NCBI GenBank assembly: GCA_002633005.1
Contig: NMRA01000203.1
Location: forward strand, 218,015-282,014
DNA length: 64,000 nt
Direction: 5' to 3'
Origin: Phoronis australis
Taxonomy: Eukaryota; Animalia; Phoronida
Made by a program: the position numbers and the translations under genes. Below are positions 1 to 12,500 of this stretch, one piece after another (position 1 is the first letter of the stretch; every line of letters begins with the position of its first letter). The notes beneath the pieces were generated by a model. The model worked only from the letters and a program-made list of their open reading frames with translations, did no database searches and was not told where the DNA came from.

Positions 1-227
1 ATTGTGTCAATAGCAGTTTTCAATAATATTGTGTCAATAGCAGTTTTCAATAACATCGTGTCAATAGCAGTTTTCAATAACATTGTGTCAATAGCAGTTT
101 TCAATAACATCGTGTCAATAGCAGTTTTCAATAACAACGTGTCAATAGCAGTTTTCAATAATATCGTGTCAATAGCAGATTTCAATAACATTGTGTCAAT
201 AGCAGTTTTCAATAACATTGTGTCAAA
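1..227. repeat. 27-bp minisatellite, ~8 copies
   Basis: Unit attgtgtcaatagcagttttcaataac. Confidence 0.95.
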
Positions 228-488
228 CTTGTCCCCTTTTAGTGACCACTCCTAACTGCTCAGCTATCACTCATTTATTAAACAAAGTTCTCCTGCCCTT
301 AGAATTGATTATTTATTGATTCATTTTCAAGAAGGACACATTAACTACAGTCTGCATTCACTCACAGACTGCTGCTGATTCTGTATTCAAAGATGAAGAT
401 TAAAAAGAAAAAAGAATGCACACATATCTTAAGCTTAAAACATCACCTAGAGGTTATGCATGGATGTATAGAGCTGCTTACATCTTAC

Positions 489-560
489 CTTATAGTTGAG
501 AGGCCATTGCCAAGGCATGGAAGTAATCTCTCCTTCTTTTGGCTTCAAACCTGCATTTCC
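489..560 (-). CDS. POMT2: POMT2 exon 16
   Basis: [24 protein letters not shown]; ttag|...|gtaaga. Confidence 0.95.
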
Positions 561-3500
561 CTAAAGAAAACAAATGTGACCCTTAATTTCATGCCGTTTC
601 GTGGACTGTGTCTATCTTGACCATTCATACAACTGACCCTATGAATATGAAAATCTATCATCTCCAGAGAATTCTACTACTTTTGAGTTACATCTAATAT
701 TTTATTCTATAATGAAGCATCAAACTTAGAATTAAATTTTGAGGTACATACTTACTAATAAAAGAGAAGAGTGTAATAAGCAGAGTTGTACAAACTGTCA
801 ATGACATGTGGTTATTCACATTATAAAAGATGTTAGTGCAATTTCAAATGAATCCTGGCAAACAAACAGATGTTTAAAAAAACAAACAAAATCATTTGAA
901 GAGAAACACCAGTAACTGACCTACACTGCTGTAGCCGTTGTGCTGGAAGGTAAAGACAGGAACAAGGGAACAGTTAGATGACTTTGCTTCAAAAACGTTC
1001 CCATGATAAAACACAGTGAATAGTTACACATAACTTTAATTAGTAAAAAGAACAAAACCATACAAGCACACAGAGGTGTCACAAAGCTCCAGTTGAGTCA
1101 GATTGTCACAAAGTAAGCCACAGTGAATACCAGTATTGAAAAACAGATTAGCAACATCAGGAAACCGAGGCATTCAGTGATATCTTTTAGATGGACAATG
1201 CTTCTCTACATCAACCGGGAAAACCGGTGTCGCCATCCACCCTTGATATCATGACTTTTTATCTTAACTCCTAATTGTACTGTACAGGGCAATAATTGCA
1301 TCAGCGATGTCTTCAAAACAATAAAATACTGGCTGAAAAAATCGAAACTTTAAGGACAGATACTAGTAACTTTTTAACATGTTTGGCTTCTAAAATTGAA
1401 TTCCTCGTGAAAAGTTAGTGCAGAATCCTTCTTTTGCGAAAGAAATAAGTAAGATAAAAATTGGCCAATACGCTGTGATGGATTTTTACTTGTTTACAAC
1501 AGTTTTGAGTCAATGCATGTTTACATTAATGTATTCATTCAGTGAAGTTAGAAAATTGACGTTTACGTCCTGACATCAGACAAAAGGTTGAGCCTCGCGA
1601 TTAACGACAGGAGAATTGATACCAGGTCTCAGAAAATCGATTTTGTCATGAATACGGACTAAACAAATTAATGTTAGTTGTAAAGTTGTAATGATCTGTA
1701 AGATCCTTGGCAAGGGCAACACCAAACGTGTGTTCTACTGTTGTCACCAGTTTTATATCTTCTACACCATACCCTGGCTAACCACTAATTGTCACAGACT
1801 GCTCCATCCCCTTACTTCTACTGTCTCCAGGTCTGACAACACAGTGCAGCCATCTAAAGTTTCTCACAAAATTGAAGTTCTAAAAAGCTTAAGAAAGGCT
1901 TTGGATGCTGACGCTCAGTATGTCTTATAAAAAGTCTTGGTTCTGCCATGTTTGGAATATTGCGTTATCGTGTGGGCCTCTTGGAATAATGGTCTCAGAG
2001 CCAGATTACAGTACTGTTGCACAAACTATTCTACAAGCAAAAGATAAACCAGTTCTGACTCCATTCACTCCACTCAAACAGGATGCATGTAGAGATTACC
2101 ACATTTGTTTGGAGATTACCATATTTTTTTAGAGATTACCATATTTGTATAGACATTACCATATTTGTTTAGAGATTACCATATTTGTTTAGCTATGCAC
2201 ATATGTCTCCATAGCAGGCATCTGAGTATCTTTGTGAAAAAAATTCAACTAGTAAATAGGGTTGGCAACAGACATGATAGGTCTAGTGACAATGGCAATA
2301 TCTATCTCCATAAAAGCAGGTCTGGACTAAATTTGGAAAGCATTCATTCTTCTACTCTGGTGTTAAGCTAGGGAACCGTCTCGATGCAAATGACTGGCAG
2401 AGTGAATCCTGCAGATATCTTTAAATCCACGTACCCATGTAATTTTAATGGTACATGTGTAGTCTCCCACACTCTGGTTCCAGTTGTGTTGCTAAAATTT
2501 TTATTGTACATTTATTTTTTTCTAATACCATTTTCAGATTTTCAATACTTTCTAGCTTATCAGGATCCTATGAGAGAACAGTGTAGTCAAACTAAATATT
2601 AAGTTTTATCCTGAACACAATCATATAATTATCTTACTGTAACTAATACCATACACCCTCATGAATTGTAACTAATACCATACACCCCTCATGAACTGTA
2701 ACTAATACCATACACCCCTCATGAACTGTAAATAATACCATACACCCCTAATGAACTGTAACTAATACCATATACCCTAATGAACTGTAACTAATACCAT
2801 ACACCCTCATGAACTGTAACTAATACCATACACCACTCATGAACATAACACTATCAAGGAAAAGGAGGCATTGCAAATATGTTGATTTTCCACATTCATT
2901 TTAACCAGTAAAAGAGAGATGTTCAACCAAATTTTCTAAGAGCCCAAGATGTTCGTCAGGGAGAACATAAAATGACTAGTAAGATCATCAAGACGATTAA
3001 ATGATGAAACACTTTCTCACCTGAAGCATGACTGCGTGGGCTTCGATGAACTTCTCCAGAAACGATGGTGCATAAACTTCAAAGCTTTTATTAGGCACTG
3101 AAAAGTAAATAGTCACGCACAATAGGCATACTAAATTTAGATTTATCATCGGACATTTAAAGAAAGTTTAAGTTCTTGCAAAAAAAGAAATACCAGATAA
3201 GTCTCTTACAAGCCAAAAGATGGCTTCATCACACTTACTAATTGAAACAACAGTGTCAATGTAAGGTTGGCCTAATAGGAAGTGGTTTATTGCTCAATCT
3301 TTACTTAAAGTTACAATTTTGGTGTCCATTTCCTATGAAATTGGGTAAAATTTTAGGATTTAACTAATGTATATTTTCCCAAATGTATGTCCTGGGTGTA
3401 TCTGGAAAGTGTTCTTCTATACACCCACTAGCATAACTAAAGGTGGCGCCTCTGTATAACACACATAATTTGGTCAGCACAGGTGGACACAGAAACTTTA

Positions 3501-6500
3501 AGTGAGTTAAGAAACGCAGCCATTGATGCCAGAAACTAGTCTAGGGTTTTGTTTCACGAAAGGAAACTTATGACTTAAAGTAACTTATGACTTAAGGTAA
3601 CTTATGACTTAAGGCAACCTATGACTTAAGGCAACTTATGACTTAAGTCTGAAATTTGGTCTTGTGCCCCACAAAGCTATTTCCTGAAAATAATTAAATC
3701 TCACTGGAGCAAAAGTCTCTGATAGTTTCCACATAACAGCTAGTTAGAAATAATTTTGTTCAATTATTTCTACACTGTGAAGCGTTCCTTATTACCTGGC
3801 ATTTTTCAGCAATTGTGCAGTGGAACCATAAGACCAAATTTCTATCCCAAGTCTTAAGTCACTTTCATGAATCAGACCCCAGATACCTGCAAGTTCAGGT
3901 AACACACACAAGATGAACACATGGGTGTATAACAGTGTGTCAAAGTTGATCAATATACACATCAAAGTCCCACTTACGTCTTTCATCGAAAGCTTCTTCA
4001 ATGTTCCAGTACGAGTTAGGATCCTTCATCTGACTATTACAAGTAACTTCCATCTGTTCCCAGCCCCTAAATTGAGAAACAAGCAAACTAAAGCATGCCA
4101 TACATTGTATAATAAGCAATTGCTAATGAAATCTTCCAACAGCTAAAATTAATGCTCATTTTCACAACAATTTGAGTGTGAGACAGAGAAAATACAAAAC
4201 TGAACAAAGAAGATGACGTTAATGACATCCTAAAGAGAATTGTGAGACACCTGTATTCTTCGAAAAATATCAATCATGAGTGCAAATTAAATTAATTTGA
4301 AACATCTAGCTCAACAATCATGTAACATTTAATTAATTTCACAGTATAATTTGTGGTCTACACAAGCCCCTAGACCAGTGAAATGATGACCTTGTCCCAC
4401 ATGATACCCTGGATCTATGACCGTATACCCAATCCATATCAACATCAATGACATATTAACCTAACTAAAGATAAATCTCATACCTATTGGACCAAAATTC
4501 AACCTGTATCAGGACAAGCGAGATAGAAAACTATAAACACCGTAACTATGCACTGCTTGTAGCCAAGTAACAAAACAACTGAAAGCGCTCCGAGGAGCGA
4601 AACTTGGCGAAATTAACCAAAAAGATGACGATAAAGATGATGACGAAGATGACGACGATGATGGCGAGGATGAACAAAAGAAGTAATAATAACATACACA
4701 TGACGAACGTAGAAGTCCGAAATCAGTAAGAAAAAGGCTAGTCTTGAGCTACACTTGGCGAAATTAACGGAAAAGACAACGACGGAGATGATGACGAAGA
4801 TGATGACGATGATGACGAATATGATGATGGTGGTGGCGATGATGAACAACATCACAACATTCATATGATGAACTTAGATGTCACAAATCAATAAGAAATA
4901 CGCTACAGTCTAGTTCAATAGAAGATAAACCAACATCAATGCAGCAAGAGCGCTAAACAAAGGAACAGCGTTATCGGAAAATATCAAATAACTCGAAAAG
5001 TAGATGTCCTAGCGCAAAATGGAAAACATCTTCTGAAAGCCCGTTCAAAATTCTATCTAAACTGATGGTATCGCCTAATTCCGTAAAATTTTCGAAAAAA
5101 ATGAAATTTTGCGTTTTTTTTAAGAAATTCAAAGTCAAATAACTCGAAAACGGTAAGTCTGAGAAAAAAATTGTTACAGGCCATTTGAAAAATTATACTT
5201 CAAAGAATCCACATGCAAAAAATCACGTCTTTTTCTCTTCCCGTTTAAAATCGCACTCCAGCACGACTGAAAATGGGTCAACATGCGCCAGATCCGCCAT
5301 CTTGAAAGCAACTTCCGGTTTTTTGGCTTTGTATAATAGCATGTCATAAGAAACTAATACCTGTAAAATTCGAAGGAATTGGTCTTATAATGCGCCCTCT
5401 ACAGGAGAAAACGTTTTTAGGCCAAAATCGAGGTGCGCATGCACGATCGTCGATATTTCCGCCATCTTTAAACGGAAGTAAACAATTTCCAGTATACTTG
5501 TAGCAAACTTCCGGTCCATTTACTGTGCCGATTCTTAGCCTATTACGTAAAAAATTGTAGCCTCCAGAAGCATTTGAACCTTTAAATGAAAACAAAATGG
5601 CCGCCACAGCCGCCATCTTGGATCCGATTTTGACGAAAAACAATAGTCTTCCAGTACTTCTGGAAGTACGTGTTATGTGTAAATTTCGTGATGATCGGAC
5701 TAAAATTGTGACCTCTATCGTGCGAACAAACAGAAAAAAAAACAAACTTAGTGGAAGAGCAACATACTTGGCTTGGCGAAATAAATTTCGCCAAGTAACA
5801 AATTACAATGCCCCCATTAATTACTACAGTAGTCCATTAATTACTACAGTAGGCCATTAATTACTACAGTAGTCCATTAATTACTACAGTAGTCCGAATT
5901 TTGCACTTTACCATCAAATCTACTTTACTTACCACTTGGGAAGCTTAACGTTATGAGATTTCACCACACAGTTGGCATTCATATGCACTAGCTGAAACTT
6001 TGTACGGACTGTATTGATTGTAGTACCAAAGGCCTGATTACTAGCCACGATCCGAAAGAAATCATTGGCATCTCCACTACCATTCTGTAAGCAAAACCAT
6101 GTTCTAATAGTTAGCGAATGATATTTCAGTACTGTGACAAATCATCACACCAAAATCGTATGCTCAGCCATGGTGGCTTCTTCAGAGAATAATGACTTCC
6201 TTAATAAGATGGACACTATATAACAACAATAAACAAAGCACTATTTATTATCAAACAAATTTTTTCACCACTATAGTGGACCACTAAAGTACTAACAAAT
6301 GCGCATTTTTTCACAGTAGTCTGGTTGCAATTTCATAATGTCATTATGAAATGTAAAACCAATGATTACCCATGCAAGGTTTTGATTTTCATTAGACTAA
6401 CACTTGATACACTCCTTCATTGCGTAGACACCCTTATAAGACCTCTCCGCATCAGAGATTACTGTTCATGAAAACTTCACAATCTCAGCATTTCCAGTGA

Positions 6501-9500
6501 CATCCCATCAGTGACAATGTTTTGCTACATTCAAATATTAGCTTTTAATCTCATGAACATTGTAACATCGTTCATAAAAAATCTAATTTTTCAGGGACAT
6601 TTTGGACAGAATCCAAGGATGTTTTTAGATGCTACCAGAGAAGTCAACCCGAAGGATTGCAACTGGTTAGATTATTTGTTCATAACTTACTCAAATCACA
6701 ATGAGCAAGGAGTTTTAACATGCTATTTATAGCAAGTGATTGTTTCTGTGACAATCACTTGATGAATATGAAATGAATGATGCACAAAATTAACATCAAC
6801 ATATTTCATGTTAGCAAGAAATTTCCAAGGTTTTCTATAAAAATTCAATAACTTTTCAGGACCTATATCCAAATTCAAGGACTTCTCTAGACTTTGGATC
6901 AAATTCAAGAACTTTTCAAGGTCAGCAGTAAACACGTGCAAATGACAGGCTACTTCATTGTCTTTGGTACCTTGAACATGATCATTGCCATTATTTTAAT
7001 TATCGAACACCCGTTTACAAGGCAATTTATATTTTGTAAACCCTTTAGTAAATGAAAGTATTCACCCACAGTTCAAACATTTCATTAGCATGATAAACAT
7101 TAACTTTACCATTCCATAACAGGAGACTTGTTTCTGTGATTTGGTTATAGGTGCCTTTTCATGATGGCTGTGTAAATTACGCCGTGTTCTGAGAAATGTA
7201 AGAATTAACCATAAGGCTTTAAATTACTCATGATCACTGACTTATAAAGAACACGTACACTGTTCATCAATTCAAAAATAAACATATCAAATAAACACAG
7301 AAAAATCAGGAACCCCAACTGTAATTGCAGAGATATTGGGTCTGCAGTAGCTCAGTGTAAGAGCACTAGACCGGCAATCTAGAGACATGTAGTTCGATTC
7401 CCACTTGGGGTAATTCCCTATTGGCCAACATCAGAGTCTACATATATACAATTAAAATAAACAGAACAAGATTTTAAATCTTCGGCGTGACATTAATTTG
7501 AAGATAAGGTGCTTTGAAAGCAGGTATGCTGGGTGGCTTTCTATGGACCAATGACAATCAAAGAAAAAGCTAAGTATGATCACATGATTCACTTGTAATG
7601 TTTGGCAACAGATGTGCATGATCTTGCATATTTACACTTGAGTTTCATGTATCAATGGAATGGAAGCCTGATACAATAAAGCTCACTACTTGTATGAGAT
7701 GGAAGCACCTGCATTACTTGAGTTGGTTCTCGGTGACTTCATAAATTAAAGACATCAACTCAAAATGCCTTCTCCGGAAAATTGTTAAAAAAGTCCCAAA
7801 ATGGCCACTAGGAGGTGCTGCAGTGATTGAATCCACCTGAAAATCCACTGGTGTCACGCCCCCTGGCCCTGGGAGGGGGGGCAGGATTGATTGAAATGTG
7901 GCGTATACTGCCCCAGTGATGCCCAACACCCTTATGCCAAATTTCACCAAGATCTGAGATTTTTAGACATCCTTCAAACACAGTGCTGGGTGACAATAAT
8001 GTGAAAACGCTTAATACAGCAGCAGCAGTAGTTTTCAAAACAAGCTCAGATCACATGACATGAGTTACTTTGGCATTAGTAAGGACTTACTTGTTTCCAA
8101 CAAGGCACCAATAAGGCATACAAGGGCACTTTCTGAGAAATGGGTGAATAAAGTTACAGAGTTGCGCATTACTTATATATGAAAAAGCTATCACTGACAG
8201 AGATGAAAACTGTCTTTTAATGCAGGACTAATCAACATGTACTTTTATTTCATGAATTTTCTGTTCATGAAGTTACTTACGAAATATGTTCCAAGCGAAT
8301 GGCATCCCCAGATTTGACAAATTCCGGCTCAGCACTGCTGTTAAAGTCATCATTGGTCTTCTTCACAATCCATTTGTTGTTTTCATCTTTGTGACTGTAC
8401 GTTGTAACCTAGGTAGACAAAACTGGTAGTACAAAGGCAATTAATCATTTCCATATTCTTAATCTCTAATTCACTGTTACCAATTACTGGTGGCTTTCCC
8501 GTCCAAAAAGATTGTCGGTCAAACAGTGCAACAATGCAACACCCAATCTCTATATTATATTTTTTAACAACATGGCTTGCTTTCATACCAAATTTTTAGA
8601 ATATATTCGACATGAGCTTGGCCACAAAAGAACTGCTTTGCTAAGTTTCAGACAATTTCATAGCATATGACGAATATTCTCAATCAATGTTAAATCTTTC
8701 ATGAGCAAATTATACATAAAATCAAGGAAAATCATAATTGATTGTAATTTTCTATCAGTATTGTGGAGGCATCCAACTCCTATTCAATCTCTAGTAGAGA
8801 CCTGGTGGCTTTGCAACATTGGCAGGAAGTTGCATTAAGTTTCCAGAAGTTTTTGATTAACTTAGTAACTTGCACATGACACTTTCTATTTTGCTAGTAA
8901 TTTTTATTTTATAAAGATTGTTTCACTGCACATGTGAGAGAATGTCCAGTTCAAACCTGCTGTTGTCTGGGCCCTAGGTCATCAGGATATAGATGTACGT
9001 GTGAATGGAGATAGGCTCCTGCTGTTCGGTGATTCTTTATTGTGACAATAGATCCATAGGCAATCTCTGAAACACAAAATTTGTATTTGCAAAAGATCAA
9101 GTATGCCCTAAATAGCAGTACATGCAAACAAGTCGAGCAAAATGACCACGGGGCTGTTCCATGAAAAGTGACTTAAAGAGTTAAAACAGAAATTTGGTCT
9201 TGTACTCCCACTTCACAATTGTGAAATAAACTTAGACTAGAAATTATGAGCGCATTACAGTTTAGAAACAATTTCTAGAAATTATCTCAGCAACCAGCAG
9301 TTGCATGTGCACTTTCAGAGACTTCATATTTTTGCTCAAGTGAGATTTTAATATTATTTTTCAGAAATACTTGTGTGGAGGACAAGACCAATTTACGATT
9401 TAAGTCTTAAGCCCCTTTTCGTGAAACAGATACCTGGAATTTCTCATCATGATCACTAAGTGCAAGCAGGCATTCTAATATTAAATATAATAGACCTCCA

Positions 9501-12500
9501 TGATAGCAAGTAGCAGCATATGTTAATAAAAAACATGACGGGTTTAAACTGGCTTGACATGTTTCGGCGTTTATTAAACCACCATCCTCAGAAGAATAAA
9601 ACAGCGGCCATCTTGCAAGGCCCAACAACAAGTAATGATACACAGACACAGTCAGTTACAGGGGAATAACAATAGACTAGACTAATGACAACCTGTGGGG
9701 TGCCAGTTGGCTATTGAGACTGGGCTTGCACCAATTGGTGTGTAGAGTCCAGTCTCAATAGGCTGGTGTTTTATTAAACGCTGAAACAGGTAAAGCCAGT
9801 TTCAATTCATTGTTGGTTTTAATAACTTTATACGTGTGCTAAACAAAGTTCAGACATTAAGAGAAAAAGAGTCAAAGGTGAACTCGACATGCACTAGGTG
9901 TCTCAAGTGAAGCACGGGAGAGACCTTCTCATAGAAATGCCAGTAATGTGCACTTAAAGGGTCATATATTTTGAGATCCAGTATTCTCCACTGAATAGTA
10001 GACATCAAACTGGTTCTCAAAATCTGGGACCGCTGTAAGCAATTAATGCTGAAAAGCCTGCATTCAGGTAAACCCCTTATAACATAAATAACCCCAATGC
10101 TGATCAATTGCTTTCTGCTCCCAATCTATTCAGATGTTAAACAAGAGTAACGCAGAGTGTTGAAATGTGCACACAAATGCACCGCAAACTGTGTGGTTCT
10201 AGGGGTGTTTATTTGAATCATAAAAATGGCCACTAGATGGCGCAAAATATGTCGAATCCATCTGAAAACTGGTATGTGTCATCAAAGCTATTTAGCAAAT
10301 TTCATAAAAATCCATCAAGGAATTTCTGACAAACCGAGGAAAATGGAAAAAACGAAATTGCCACTAGGAGGCTATGGGCGCAAAAAAGCATAACTACCAC
10401 TAGTAGGTGCCACAGAAAATGAAGTCATTGGAAAATCATCGTCAGACCTCCTCTTCCATTAAGAACATACATGCCAATTTCCACAACAATTCTAAGAGTG
10501 TTTTGGTTGAGAGAGGGGCATCCACCAAATAACAAAATTCAAAAACAGTAAAAATGGCCACTAGGCGGTGCACACTACAATGAATCAAACCAAAAACTGG
10601 AGGATAGCGTCAACTCACTAACAGATGCCTATCTGCCAAATTTTATGAAAATCCGTTGAGGACCTTTGAAGATACAGACTGAGGTAAAATTAAAAATCTA
10701 AAACTGCCACTAGGGGTCACACAGGTAGTGTGATCTGTCTGAAAGTCGTCGTCGTTTGTTGTCAAGTTCATATAAACACACTTGCTAATAAAACTTAATA
10801 AAGATCCTGCAGAGAGTTTAGGAGATACAGCCACGGGGGTAAAAAACTGCCACTAGGAGGCAACACAGTAGTCGAGGTTGTCAGAAAATCCTCGTCAGCC
10901 CACCTGTTCACATTGGGAACAAACATGCCAATTTACACAATCATCCTAAGTGGTTTGGTTGACAGAGGGGCAGATGACAAAAATAAACTCAAAAACAGTA
11001 AATATGGCCACTAGGTGGCGCAAATACTTTTGAATTCAACCGAAAACTGAAGGATAATGTCAACTCACAAATAGATGCCTATCTGCTAAATTTTATGAAA
11101 ATCCATTGAGGACCTTTGAAGATACAGAGGTAAAAGTAAGAACTAAAATTGCCACTAGGGGGCACACCAGTAATCCGATCCGTCCAAAAGTCATTGTCCT
11201 CTGTTGTGAACTCCACATATTAAATACACCAACAAAATTCAATAAAGATCCTGTAGAGCATTTAGGAGGTACAGCCATAGACGCAAAAGCAAACAAAACT
11301 GCCACTAGGAGGTGCCACAGTAGTCGAAGTTTCAGAAAATCATCATCGGCCGCACTCTTCAAAGTAAGAACATATAATTATGCCAATTTTCAAAATATCC
11401 CAAGAGCGATTTGGTTGACAGAAAGGCGGACACCAAAAACAGATTAAAAAGCAGTGAAAATGGCTACTAGGTGGCGCAAAGTACCTCGAATGGATCCGAA
11501 AATGGGAGGATACCATTATCTCACTAATAGATGCCTAACTGCCAAATTTTACAAAAATTCATTGAGGACCTCCAAATATACAGTCTGAGGTAAATGTAAA
11601 ACAACTAAAATTGCCACTATGGGGCGCACTGTTACTCAAATACATCCGAAATTCCTCGTCATCCGTTGTCAGCTTCATAGAAACACATCTGCCAAATCTC
11701 ATCAAGAACCTGTGAGGGGTTTAGGAGATTTAGCTGCAGAGGCCGGATGCGCCGACAGAGATGATGGCAATATGTGACCACATGATTATAAATATGTGGG
11801 CGCACAAAAAGGGGACTTTATTCATTACTGTAACAGTAGCTCTACCTAGTGAATATCGAGTTGCCAATTCACAGCAACACACATACTTACCAGCAGGCAT
11901 ACTTGCATTATTTAGACCAATTCACAGCAACACACATACTTACCAGCAGGCATACTTGCATTATTTAGACGGTTTCCAATAAGTTGCGACTGGAAGGCTG
12001 AGCTGAAGAACCCATCCCCATTGCCACTGAAACATAATGTGAGTTGTAAAGAGATCTCAAGTAATGCTGTTTAAATCATGGAAGAGCATTTTCAATAAAT
12101 TTTAGATGCCCAGCAAAGTGAAACTTTTGACAAAAACTTAACTCTAATACTTAATGAAACACAAGCAATATCGTACCAGAACAGTTATGTCGTAAAATTT
12201 TACGATAGTGGGGGAGATAAAGAAGATAATCTGGATATCTAAGAGTGAACTTTTTCTCACCAACAAACTTGCTGACTATAGATTACATAACATGTCCACA
12301 TATTTCCCAAGATTGTGGTTCAAACTCCTAGCGAACACATCAGTGCATTATGGGATCTTGCAAACCTTCAGACTATATGATTTTCTGTTCACAAAATACT
12401 TTAATTCATTGACAGATCAAGTGATCTTCAAATTATTATACAGCTAATTCAGGACCAGATTTATGATCTGGGAGACTCAGGCATTCGTTATTCACAAGAC

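Noticed and set aside
4-255. 83-aa repetitive ORF (SIAVFNNIV)n
   Set aside because: Artefact of a 27-bp minisatellite in a POMT2 intron; no real start or splice support
4613-4864. Hydrophobic/His-rich ORF
   Set aside because: Translation of a GAT/GAC microsatellite inside a HINE-like element
7338-7410. Functional tRNA gene
   Set aside because: Acceptor and T stems pair poorly; better explained as a SINE head or pseudogene
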